Shown here: piece after piece, positions 1 through 8,563 of the stretch | Numbering within the stretch: position 1 is the first letter of the stretch | How the letters are laid out: every line of letters begins with the position of its first letter | NCBI GenBank assembly: GCA_965220355.1 | Contig: OZ244820.1 | Coordinates: 91,319-155,318, forward strand | DNA: 64,000 nucleotides | Direction of reading: 5' to 3' | Source: Dehalococcoidia bacterium | Lineage (GTDB): Bacteria > Chloroflexota > Dehalococcoidia > Lucifugimonadales > Lucifugimonadaceae | Program-made: the position numbers and the translations under genes | Notes under the pieces: generated by a model | Seen by the model: the letters and a program-made list of their open reading frames with translations, nothing else | The model's database searches: none | What the model was told of the DNA's origin: nothing

Positions 1-587
1 TGGCGGGAGGAGTAGGCGTCGGAGAAGGTTTCTTGGAGGCGTTCGCTGACGGCGTCTAGACGAGCGATGGCTGCTGGCGGGATGTTGCAGGATGTGCTGG
101 AGTTACAGTCGGCGGCAAAGTCGAGTTGGATGTTGTGGAGGTCGGTGCAGGCGCGAGCGATGCCGTCGGTGTATTTGCCGGCGGGGAATTGGCGCAGGTT
201 GGCTTCGTGACAGGGTCCGAGTTTGTAGGAGATACGTCGCCATTCGTACTGGCTCTCGGCGGTCTCCATCTGATCGATGTTTCGTTGCAGATACGGGTAG
301 ACGTAGCTGGGGGTGGAGACTTCAAGGAACTGGATGAAAGGCTCTTGTCTGATTCGCCAGAAGCCTTCTTTAGCGCCGGAATAGAAGCCGGGGAAGACGA
401 TGCCGACCGGTATGGCCAGGATGACGAGCGCCATGACGAAGAATGTCAGCAGCGATGGGTTGCGGATTTGGCGCCGCAGGCGCGCTAACCACCCATCGCT
501 GTCACCGTAGTCGATGGCGCCGATGCGTGTGAGTTTGCCGCGCCGGGGGTCGGAGTCGTCGAGTTCTGATTTGTGATGGAATTCCAC
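1..587 (-). CDS. hypothetical membrane-anchored protein, N-terminal part (gene continues past the left edge)
   Basis: The minus-strand frame is open from the window edge up to an in-frame TGA upstream of a GTG at 585-587. It is absent from the ORF track because no stop lies in the window. Own translation: VEFHHKSELDDSDPRRGKLTRIGAIDYGDSDGWLARLRRQIRNPSLLTFFVMALVILAIPVGIVFPGFYSG..., with one clear hydrophobic helix. The start codon is uncertain and no family was recognised. Confidence 0.4.
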   Translation of the reverse strand, partial: MEFHHKSELDDSDPRRGKLTRIGAIDYGDSDGWLARLRRQIRNPSLLTFFVMALVILAIPVGIVFPGFYSGAKEGFWRIRQEPFIQFLEVSTPSYVYPYLQRNIDQMETAESQYEWRRISYKLGPCHEANLRQFPAGKYTDGIARACTDLHNIQLDFAADCNSSTSCNIPPAAIARLDAVSERLQETFSDAYSSR

Positions 588-913
588 TAGATGCAGAAAA
601 GTGGGAGTGAGAACGCCGCAAGATGCGCGGCGTTTGCAGGGATGGAGGTTTGCGCGCTTTCATTCTACAATCGCGGCGGTTTGCGAACTTAGCGCGGATG
701 GTCGGCTGGGGCGGCGTTGTTCAGTCTCCGCGTGCGGTGGAGATTCACTTGTGGGACTACCGACTTTGGCTGACTTGCCGTTTGGCCGCAGTGTTCTCGT
801 GGCGTGTTCGCACAGATCATCGGGTGATGTACCGTCAACGAGTTGATGGATTCTCACGATTCAATTGGACTAACCAACTCAATCGGCGATCAAGGCGATT
901 AGATAAGATTTCT

Positions 914-2428
914 ATGACTATGCAAGCGCACAAGTGGCGGCCTTTAAAGGGCCTAAATCTCCAATCGACCAATGTCGACTTTCGGGAGATCGATTCGCTG
1001 CAGCAACAGTGGTTGAACTTTCGCAGAGATCGTGAAGAGTTAGATCCCGACGCTTACAAAGGATTCTTGGAGCGGGTGTACCGTCGTTGGGCGATCGAGA
1101 CCGGCATCATTGAAGGAATTTACGACATTGACCGCGGAACCACCCTGACGCTTGTTGAGAAAGGACTCTCTGCTGATCTAATTGAGCGTGGTTCTACCGA
1201 CCGGGACCCTCAAGATTTGATCAAAGTGTTGAGGGACCATCATGAATCGGCAGAGTTCGTGACTGAGTCGATCAGGCGGCAAACTCCGCTCTCCAAGCTG
1301 TACATAAGGGAGTTGCATCAACTGCTTCTCCGAAATCAAGAGTTCTACATTGCTTATGACCGATTCGGCAAGCAAATCGAGACCCCGTTGGATCGAGGCG
1401 GTTTCAAGACCCAGCCCAACAATCCAACCAGGGCCGACGGAATTATTCATGAATACTGCCCTTATATCCAAGTAGATAGCGAGTTAGACAAACTTGTTGA
1501 TCTTTACCGGCGATACGAAGCGAACGGCCGTCGTTATCACTCACTCTTGGTTGCGGCTTGGACGCATCATCGTTTCGCTCAAATCCACCCTTTCCAAGAC
1601 GGAAACGGACGGGTCGCAAGGGCGTTGCTCACATGGCATTTGGCAAAAGGAGAGTACTTGCCCATAGTTGTGTCGCGCGACGATCGCGCGCAGTACATCG
1701 AATCCCTTGAGCGTGCGGACGGCGGCGATCTAGATCCGCTTGTCGAGTTTATCGTCCGATTAGAACGAGAAATGATCTTGGAGGCGTTGGGCGAACCTAT
1801 TCCCGACACTGGTTCACGGATCGTAAGTCAAGTTCTGGAACACCTTACAGATCAAGTGAGGCGGCGGCGCGCAATTGAAACGGAACGAAAAAGGTCGGCC
1901 AACGAAGTTGCCGCTTCTCTGCAAACTGCCGCCGTCGAGTATCTCGAATCGCAAGGTTGCGAAATCTCACAAAGCCTCAACGAAGCTGGTCTGGCCATTG
2001 AATGGACTATTGACTTGGGAGGTCCCGGCGAAAGAGAGCATTGGTATCACCATCAAGTCGTTCGAACCGCCAGGGAAGCGAGACATTGGGCCAACTTGAA
2101 CGAGGACCGATTCTTCATCAAGCTGGCGATCAATCCAGAGGATCAGTCGCAGACACCGCGCTTGATCTTCGTCGTCTCGCTACACCACGTAGGTCGACAA
2201 TTGACCGGCATTATGGCGGCCACGGCCTTCGCTCAGATCGTCAGTTCGCGGTTTGCTGCCTCTGACGACAACGGGGAACCGAATGACCCTGATTTCATAA
2301 ATTGCACTATCGACGCCTTCACGTTCACTGCGAATGTCGACGCAGATTACATGACACGCAGGTTCGTCGCTTGGATGGAGGGTCCGTTGAGCGTGGCATT
2401 GCGCCATTGGAGCGAATTCATTTCGTAA
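914..2428 (+). CDS. Fic family protein (AMPylase-type motif) with N-terminal inhibitory-helix motif and a long C-terminal extension
   Basis: Fic motif HPFQDGNGRVAR is present. Upstream, TGIIEG fits the (S/T)xxxE(G/N) inhibitory motif. ATG at 914 (MTMQAHKWRPLKG) is preferred to the ORF-track start at 623, because the first ~97 codons are Arg/Trp/Cys-rich and look non-coding. Confidence 0.85.
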   Translation: MTMQAHKWRPLKGLNLQSTNVDFREIDSLQQQWLNFRRDREELDPDAYKGFLERVYRRWAIETGIIEGIYDIDRGTTLTLVEKGLSADLIERGSTDRDPQDLIKVLRDHHESAEFVTESIRRQTPLSKLYIRELHQLLLRNQEFYIAYDRFGKQIETPLDRGGFKTQPNNPTRADGIIHEYCPYIQVDSELDKLVDLYRRYEANGRRYHSLLVAAWTHHRFAQIHPFQDGNGRVARALLTWHLAKGEYLPIVVSRDDRAQYIESLERADGGDLDPLVEFIVRLEREMILEALGEPIPDTGSRIVSQVLEHLTDQVRRRRAIETERKRSANEVAASLQTAAVEYLESQGCEISQSLNEAGLAIEWTIDLGGPGEREHWYHHQVVRTAREARHWANLNEDRFFIKLAINPEDQSQTPRLIFVVSLHHVGRQLTGIMAATAFAQIVSSRFAASDDNGEPNDPDFINCTIDAFTFTANVDADYMTRRFVAWMEGPLSVALRHWSEFIS

Positions 2429-2482
2429 GCGCCAGCGATTCAATGATTGCGAGGTTGAATTCGGTCCGAATGCATTAAGGCG

Positions 2483-3355
2483 TCAGTTAAAGATGTTGGC
2501 CATCGCGTCCCCGATGTAGGCAGGGGATTCGACGACGGTGGCGCCAGCGGCTTCTAGGGCTTTATTCTTCTCGGAGGCTTGTGCGGCTTTGCCGGTTATG
2601 ATGGCGCCGGCGTGTCCCATGCGCTTGCCGGGGGGAGCGGTCTGGCCGGCGATGGAGGCGACTACGGGTTTGGTGACGTTTTCTTTGATAAATTGGGCGG
2701 CGGCTTGCTCGCGGGTGCCGCCGATCTCGCCGATCATTACGATGGCCTCGGTCTCGTCGTCGTCTTGGAATTCGGTCAGGACGTCGATGAAGTTTGTACC
2801 GGGTATGGGGTCTCCGCCGATGCCGACGCATGTCGACTGGCCCATTCCGACGGCGCCGAGTTGGGCGACGGCTTCGTATGTGAGGGTTCCAGATCGGGAG
2901 ACGACGCCGACGTTGCCGGGTGAAACGGCGGCTCCGGGGATGATGCCGAGTTTGATGCGTTCTCCGGGGTGGATCAAGCCGGGGCAGTTGGGGCCTAGGA
3001 GTCGGGAGTTGGTGCGGTCGAGGTAGGCTTTGGCCTTCATCATGTCTTGGACGGGCACGCCTTCGGTGATGGAGACGATCAGCGATATTCCGGCGTCGGC
3101 CTGCTCGAGGATGGCGTCGGTGGCGAAGGGTGCGGGGACGAAGACGAGCCCGGTGTTGGCACCGGTTGCGGCTACGGCTTCCCTAGCGGTCTCGAAGTAC
3201 GGGACTTCGTCCATGAACTTGGTCCCGCCGCGGTTGGGGTGTACGGCGGCAACCATGTTGGTGCCGTATTCGACGATCCGCTGTGCCTGGAACGAGCCGT
3301 CACGGCCCAATCCCTGCACCAGCAGTCGGCATGGGTCTTCAACTAGGACTGGCAT
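2483..3355 (-). CDS. sucD: succinyl-CoA synthetase subunit alpha
   Basis: The 290-aa product ([44 protein letters not shown]...) shows full-length SucD-type similarity. It lies directly downstream of sucC. Confidence 0.95.
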   Translation of the reverse strand: MPVLVEDPCRLLVQGLGRDGSFQAQRIVEYGTNMVAAVHPNRGGTKFMDEVPYFETAREAVAATGANTGLVFVPAPFATDAILEQADAGISLIVSITEGVPVQDMMKAKAYLDRTNSRLLGPNCPGLIHPGERIKLGIIPGAAVSPGNVGVVSRSGTLTYEAVAQLGAVGMGQSTCVGIGGDPIPGTNFIDVLTEFQDDDETEAIVMIGEIGGTREQAAAQFIKENVTKPVVASIAGQTAPPGKRMGHAGAIITGKAAQASEKNKALEAAGATVVESPAYIGDAMANIFN

Positions 3356-3370
3356 TGTTTGTTGGGTTCC

Positions 3371-3406
3371 CCCTCACCCTAGCCCTCTCCCACCATGGGA
3401 GAGGGG
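3371..3406. repeat. REP-like GC-rich palindromic element in the sucC-sucD spacer
   Basis: The sequence ccctcaccct agccctctccca-cca-tgggagaggg contains a 10-bp stem (3383-3392 pairing with 3396-3405). The ccctcaccc / ccctctccca modules recur in inverted orientation at 52495-52550. Confidence 0.5.
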
Positions 3407-3409
3407 TCG

Positions 3410-4588
3410 TTAATTGCTCGCGCTCATGCTGGCGAGTTTGTCTCTGAGGATTTCAGCAGCGCTCGCCATGTCGGGCGCTGGCGTGATGTCCATGTCCGAA
3501 TCGTGGAGAAGCCGGAGCCCTTCTTCGGCGTTGGTGCCTCTCATAGCAGCGACTATGGGTTTGGCGGCTCCGAGGTCGCGTGCAGCATTGATGATGCCGG
3601 TCGCCACGACGTCGGATCTGGCGATTCCAGCGAAGAGGTTCACGAGGATGATCTCGACATCGGGGTCAGAGACGATGATCTTGAATGCATGCTCGATGCG
3701 GTCGAGGTCGGCGGATCCACCGATATCGAGGAAGTTTGCGGGTTCTGCACCGGCCCACTTTGTGATGTCCATCGTGGCCATGGCGAGCCCGGCGCCGTTG
3801 ACCATGCATCCGACGCGTCCGCCCTCAAGCTTGACGTACGCGAGATCGTATTTTGACGCTTCGCGCTCAAGCGGGTCCATCTGCGCGGGATCTTGAAGTC
3901 CTCGGAGTTCGGGGTGACGGAACAGCGCGTCGTCTTCGATGGAGACTTTGGCGTCGAGGGCGATGATTTTGCCGTCTTCTGTTTCGATGAGCGGGTTGAT
4001 CTCGACCAGTGAGCAGTCTTTGTCGGTGAAGAGCCGGTAGGCGTTGGCAATCAACACGCTGGCGGGTCGGATGAGCGCAGGTGGAAATTCGAGAGCAAGA
4101 GCAGCATCGCGGGCTTTGTATGGGAGAAGGCCTATAAGCGGATCGCCAACGATGCGGACGATCTTCTCCGGGTGCTCTTCGGCGACCTGCTCGATCTCGA
4201 CGCCGCCTTCGCGGGTTGCGATGATCGATGGAGCGCCTTCGTCGCCGTCCATGACTATTGAGACGTAGTATTCATGGGCGATGTCGGCGGCCGGCGTGAT
4301 CATTACTTTGTCGATCGGAACGCCGCGTGGACCCGTCTGATGTGTCACCATTCGAGTGCCGAGCATGTTGGTCGCGTGCTCGACCGCGTCCTCGGCGGTG
4401 GCTGCGAACTTTACGCCGCCCGCTTTGCCTCTGCCGCCCGCGTGCACCTGTGCTTTGACGATGACAGGAGCGCCGAGCTCCGCGACCGCGTCGGCGACAT
4501 CGTCAGGGTTTTCCACGATGCGCCAAGGCAGAACAGGGATTCCGTAATCTTTGAAGAGCTGCTTGGCTTGATACTCGTGGAGGTTCAT
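3410..4588 (-). CDS. sucC: succinyl-CoA synthetase subunit beta
   Basis: The 392-aa product starts MNLHEYQAKQLFKDYGIPV, the canonical ATP-grasp SucC N-terminus. Confidence 0.95.
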   Translation of the reverse strand: MNLHEYQAKQLFKDYGIPVLPWRIVENPDDVADAVAELGAPVIVKAQVHAGGRGKAGGVKFAATAEDAVEHATNMLGTRMVTHQTGPRGVPIDKVMITPAADIAHEYYVSIVMDGDEGAPSIIATREGGVEIEQVAEEHPEKIVRIVGDPLIGLLPYKARDAALALEFPPALIRPASVLIANAYRLFTDKDCSLVEINPLIETEDGKIIALDAKVSIEDDALFRHPELRGLQDPAQMDPLEREASKYDLAYVKLEGGRVGCMVNGAGLAMATMDITKWAGAEPANFLDIGGSADLDRIEHAFKIIVSDPDVEIILVNLFAGIARSDVVATGIINAARDLGAAKPIVAAMRGTNAEEGLRLLHDSDMDITPAPDMASAAEILRDKLASMSASN

Positions 4589-5000
4589 GTGCTTTTACGG
4601 ACTTCGTTAGCGCAATTTTTGATTTTAGAACGGAAAAATCAACTCGTGAACGACCATTGTTTCGTCTATCGAATCGCTGGTCCAACATTGATGTCGTTCG
4701 TGACGTCCGATGAACACAATCCTAAGGAAAGCCGCGTCGGCTCATTCGTCAATTGCCCAGTTACCTTGCTATGCGCTTGAAGCTGTGTTCGCCAAACCCG
4801 TTAGTCTTTCGGTACGGATATCTATCAACGAGGCTCGACCAAACGAATCAACAACCAACGTGTCCGGATCTGGCTAGTCGGAAAACACCAACCGTTCAAC
4901 TAACCTCAAGCTGTAATAATTGCCTCCCCGATCATCAAGGAGTTCGAAAGTGAATTGCCACGCTCTTGTCGAGTGCGTCACCGGATGAACCAACCTGATC

Positions 5001-5267
5001 CTAAAAACTAAACTCGTCATTTTCGTTATAAAACGAAGACGCGTCGATGGTTTCCGCAAGTCGTTGACCATTGCGGCAAATCCACTCAATGAAATCGTTG
5101 GCGAACCGACGTGAGTTGTCAGGCAGAAAATCGGTGAATCCTGACGAGTTCAACTGAGTCCATGCATCTGGAGGAATGCTGACGACAGGCGGTAGCGGCT
5201 CGATGGAATCCCCGTCGATGTTCTTTAAGCTCACGAACGATCCGAACTCAACGTGTCCATCGTCCAA
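5001..5267 (-). CDS. small acidic hypothetical protein, candidate partner of the Panacea-domain protein
   Basis: This 88-aa ORF overlaps the 3' end of the upstream DUF4065 gene by 37 nt on the same strand. No family was recognised, and coding status is unproven. Confidence 0.35.
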   Translation of the reverse strand: MDDGHVEFGSFVSLKNIDGDSIEPLPPVVSIPPDAWTQLNSSGFTDFLPDNSRRFANDFIEWICRNGQRLAETIDASSFYNENDEFSF

Positions 5268-5767
5268 AGTTCAACGTCGGTTTTTGGCACCAGCCAAGCG
5301 GTTTCATACGGGATGCTTGCTCGTTCTTGCGCCAATATCCATCCCAACTCTTCGTGCGTCATGTCCGACGCCTCTTTCGCGGTCATTAATCGCAAGGCGC
5401 CAAGCACCTCTTCAATGATTGCTCGCTCGTGTTCGCTGAAAGAAGTTGGAAGGACGTCATGTTCACCCTTGGGCACCAATCGGTGTTGCGTGTACCTGAA
5501 CACGTCTCGTCTGCGAATCTCAGCCAGTCCTTCGCCTACCCATGCATTCCGTTCCCCGAGCATTTCGCATGGAACGGGGCCTTCGGGATACTTGACATAT
5601 GTCGCGCCGGTGATCGGCTTCAAGTAGCGGGCGAAAGCGATGAAGTCGCAATAATAAAGGATCTTGTTCAGCTTCACTGCTCCGAACCAAGGGTCCTTAC
5701 GGCTGCGATGCGCGATGTGCAGTGCCAACTCACGAAATTTTTCTCTGTCAAACTGCGGCTGGTACAT
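5231..5767 (-). CDS. Panacea/DUF4065 (SocA/GepA-like) domain protein, putative antitoxin
   Basis: AVKLNKILYYCDFIAFARYLKPITGATYVKYPEGPVP matches the KLxKLLYYxD...G.PITG...GPV core of DUF4065. Confidence 0.7.
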   Translation of the reverse strand: MYQPQFDREKFRELALHIAHRSRKDPWFGAVKLNKILYYCDFIAFARYLKPITGATYVKYPEGPVPCEMLGERNAWVGEGLAEIRRRDVFRYTQHRLVPKGEHDVLPTSFSEHERAIIEEVLGALRLMTAKEASDMTHEELGWILAQERASIPYETAWLVPKTDVELWTMDTLSSDRS

Positions 5768-5870
5768 GATCTCTTATTCTATTGTAGTACTTTTGGTCAA
5801 TTGTTGTCGCCTATCTTACCTTGCTAGCTTGCCAACTCATAAGGTGGTTTGGCAACGCGTTGCCGACAAT

Positions 5871-6767
5871 CTAGGACAACAACCCCGTTTCGCGGAGGAC
5901 GGCTTCGATGGCAGCTTTAGATTCGTCGGAGACTGGAGCCGTTGGCCTTCGCGGATCGCCGTATTCGTAGCCGAGCATGCTTAACGCGGTCTTGGGTGCG
6001 CCGATGGTGTTCATGACGATGGCGTTGAGCTTGGACGCGGTCCGCTGGAGTTCGACCGCGGCCTTGTAGTCGCCGTGGAACCCTGCGCTGATCGTGTCCA
6101 TGCAGAGCGCGGGCGCAATGTTTCCTAGCAGCATGCAAGCGCCGTCGCAGCCGATCATGGTGCCGAACGCGAGGAGCGCACCGCTGCAGATCCACTTGCG
6201 GACGTTGGACGGGATGTTGGGGATGACCTGTTGCTCGAAGAGGATGGAGTGGTCTGTGATGAAGGCAAAGACGTTATCCATACCGCAAAGTTCGGCGATA
6301 ACCGCAGGCGGTGCCGCCGGATCGCCGCCGCGGGCGAACGTCTGGTGGATGACGACGACCGGAACGGGGCAGCGGGATGTGACGTAGCTGTAGTAGGTAA
6401 CGAGGTCGGCGGGTGGCATGTTGCGGGGGATGCGCATTCGTATGAAGTCGGCACCAGCTTTGGCGTAGTTTTCCGAGAGACGCAGCGTCTCGAGGGTTGA
6501 GCGTTCATCTACACCGGCGATGACGAACTTCTGGCCATTGTGCGCGCTGACTACAGTCTTCACCGTCTCGAGGCGCTCGGCTTCGCTCAGCATGGTCTCT
6601 TCACCGTTGGCAGTAACCACGACAAAGCCGGAAAGCGGGGTGTCGAGCCATCGCCCGACGTTGCGTTCGAGCGCGTCGAAGTCGACAGATTGCTCGTCGT
6701 CGTCTCGGAACGGAGTTGGCGTTGGAGCAACTACGATTGGTTGGTCGATAGATGGTATCGTTGACAT
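5871..6767 (-). CDS. dihydrodipicolinate synthase / N-acetylneuraminate lyase family class I aldolase
   Basis: The 298-aa product contains GFVVVTANGEETMLSEAERLETVKTVV, which is DHDPS-family-like. Substrate specificity is unknown. Confidence 0.8.
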   Translation of the reverse strand: MSTIPSIDQPIVVAPTPTPFRDDDEQSVDFDALERNVGRWLDTPLSGFVVVTANGEETMLSEAERLETVKTVVSAHNGQKFVIAGVDERSTLETLRLSENYAKAGADFIRMRIPRNMPPADLVTYYSYVTSRCPVPVVVIHQTFARGGDPAAPPAVIAELCGMDNVFAFITDHSILFEQQVIPNIPSNVRKWICSGALLAFGTMIGCDGACMLLGNIAPALCMDTISAGFHGDYKAAVELQRTASKLNAIVMNTIGAPKTALSMLGYEYGDPRRPTAPVSDESKAAIEAVLRETGLLS

Positions 6768-6799
6768 TGAGGGCTGAACCTTGATCCTGATCTTGCGAG

Positions 6800-7603
6800 A
6801 TGTATGCGAGTTTAACTTTGTTGGGCAAACGCCTCATAACTTCCCGCTCCTTCCTGTCGGCTCTCGCCTTGGGGATTGTTTCGATGGGATTGGTGAGTTG
6901 CGGCGATGATGCTGACGAGGCGGTTGTGCAGGTCGTAGCTTCGCCCACGTCCGAGCCTACAGCTGAGCCGCCGGCGCCAACTGCAACGATTGCTCCTCCT
7001 ACGGTCACAAGTGTCCCACCGACCGCTACGACTGCGCCGACAGAGACGCCATATTGGGCGAAGAAGATTTTGCCGGGAATGGCGATGGAGCAGTATCCGC
7101 CGGTGAATACGCGGACAGATTACGAGTTGAAGAACACGCAGGAGTGGTTGAACGGTGAACCGACTACGATGGCTGCGATCCGAGACAGCGGAAGGATAGT
7201 GTTGGTCGACTTCTGGACCTACACTTGATACAACTGCAAGAACACTTGGCCGGCCCTGAGGGCATGGCATGAGAGCTACGCTGACGCTGGGCTCACCATC
7301 CTAGGAGTGCACACTCCGGAGTTCGAATACGAGAAGAACATCGACAAAGTGCGCACGGCGGCTGAGGAGAACGATCTCGGTTGGCTGATCGTCCAAGACA
7401 ACGAATACACGACTTGGCGGTACTTCACGAACCGCTACTGGCCGGCAAAATACATTTTCGACCCCGAAGGCAACCTCCGCTTCCAACACTTCGGCGAAGG
7501 AGCATACGCCGAGACCGAGCAGTTGATTCGACTACTGCTGGATGAGGCCGGGAATGATGTGACGGGAATAGAGCCGACTTACCGGTTGGACGAAGAGGGT
7601 TAG
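6800..7603 (+). CDS. lipoprotein thioredoxin-fold redoxin (DipZ C-terminal/ResA-like) with in-frame TGA at 7226-7228, probable selenocysteine UxxC
   Basis: ORFs 6800..7228 and 7307..7603 share a frame with no other stop between them. Read-through gives IVLVDFWTYT-U-YNCKNTWPALRAWHESYADAGLTILGVHTPEFEYEK...NRYWPAKYIFDPEGNLRFQHFGEGAY. The TGA sits where the first Cys of CxxC lies in this family. The N-terminus has a lipobox (GLVSC). Confidence 0.65.
7237..7268 (+). promoter_or_regulatory. candidate SECIS-like stem-loop region downstream of the UGA
   Basis: Two candidates were found by eye. One is a mini-hairpin CAAG-AACA-CUUG (7237-7248). The other is a GC-rich imperfect hairpin GCC-G-GCCC-UGA-GGGC-AU-GGC (7249-7268), 21-40 nt after the UGA. 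Neither was computationally folded. Confidence 0.25.
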
Positions 7604-7639
7604 CGTCGAACTTCTTTGAACGCGTCATAGACTTGCCTC

Positions 7640-8332
7640 ATGAGCGTCTATTCGAATGAGCGGATTGGGGCAATAAGCCAAAACGAGCTCCCACGATCCA
7701 TTCTCCGCGATGCGCGGGTGGTGATGGATGGGTTAGAACTTCTGGGACAACTACCTGAGGCTTGTGCGGCGGCGGCGTTTTTCGATCCGCAGTATCGCGG
7801 TGTGTTGGACAAACTGGGTTATGGCAACGAGGGAGTGTTGCGGGGACAGAAGCGGTCTGCGTTGCCGCAGATGTCGTCAGAGGTCATCGGCGAGTTCATT
7901 CGGGGAATTGGTAGGGTTTTGGGACCTAGTGGGCATTTGTTCCTTTGGATCGACAAATATCACCTCTGCTCTGGCATCGGTGAGTGGATCGAAGGGACGA
8001 ACCTCGAGACCGTTGACCTTGTGACCTGGAACAAGGGTCGGATGGGTATGGGCTACCGCACGCGGCGCAAGGCCGAGTATCTAATGGTTCTGCAAAAGGC
8101 TCCCAAGCGGGCGAAAGGCGTATGGACGCGGCACGACATTCCGGATGTTTGGGAGGAGAAGCCGTCGTCGAAGGTTACCCATTCGAAGCCAGTCGGGTTG
8201 CAGCAAGCGTTGCTCGAGGCGGTTACAGCGCCCGGGGATGTAGTCCTGGATCCGGCGGCGGGGAGTTTCAGCGTGATGCAGGCGTGTCAATTGGCGGGGA
8301 GAACGTTCGTGGGTTGTGATGTTAATGGGTGA
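7640..8332 (+). CDS. beta-class N6-adenine/N4-cytosine DNA methyltransferase (orphan)
   Basis: A motif IV variant FFDPQYRG lies near the N-terminus, THSKP lies in the middle, and the AdoMet motif VLDPAAGSFS lies near the C-terminus. The IV-then-I order indicates the beta class. Confidence 0.75.
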   Translation: MSVYSNERIGAISQNELPRSILRDARVVMDGLELLGQLPEACAAAAFFDPQYRGVLDKLGYGNEGVLRGQKRSALPQMSSEVIGEFIRGIGRVLGPSGHLFLWIDKYHLCSGIGEWIEGTNLETVDLVTWNKGRMGMGYRTRRKAEYLMVLQKAPKRAKGVWTRHDIPDVWEEKPSSKVTHSKPVGLQQALLEAVTAPGDVVLDPAAGSFSVMQACQLAGRTFVGCDVNG

Positions 8333-8434
8333 ACTTGACCTGCCGATCTTGGCGCACAACTGACCGATTTCGCTCTATCGAGTTTCGTTTTCCGGCTTTC
8401 CGGCTCTTGGATAGCGCGTTCCAAATTTGGCCTT

Positions 8435-8563
8435 CTTGCAATTGGACGAGCATCTACCTGGCAATCATACGAGTGTTAAACTTGCAATCATACGGGCAAT
8501 AACCTTGCAATTGGACGAACACTAACCTTGCAATTGGACGAGCATCTACCTGGCAATTGGACG
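8435..8563. repeat. array of about 5.5 degenerate ~23-bp tandem repeats ([CT][TG]GCAAT followed by TGGACGA or CATACG)
   Basis: Units start near 8435, 8459, 8481, 8504, 8527 and 8551. The sequence cttgcaattggacgagcatctacctggcaat occurs twice exactly (8435-8465 and 8527-8557). The array ends at the ATG of the ATPase gene. Confidence 0.6.

Noticed and set aside
56-488. ORF-track ORFs 56..325 (-), 92..337 (+) and 126..488 (+)
   Set aside because: They overlap a longer minus-strand frame that is open to the window edge and has a clean transmembrane helix. Their own translations are Arg/Gly/Cys-rich, typical of off-frame or antisense reading of GC-rich coding DNA.
623-913. N-terminal 97 codons of the 601-aa ORF-track version of the first Fic protein
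   Set aside because: The sequence (MRGVCRDGGLRAFILQSRRFANL...) is Arg/Trp-rich with no Fic-family similarity. A plausible ATG lies at 914. It is treated as leader, not coding.
4589-5000. About 400 nt without convincing ORFs upstream of sucC, considered as a possible ncRNA or riboswitch
   Set aside because: I could find no conserved structure or known motif by eye. Part of the region probably belongs to the inserted Panacea cassette and its flank. The ORFs there (4753..4953 on the plus strand, 4874..5089 on the minus strand) have no supporting features.
8435-8563. Possible CRISPR array
   Set aside because: The units are about 23 bp, contiguous and degenerate, with no unique spacers. No cas genes are present. 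It was classified as a tandem or iteron-like repeat instead.
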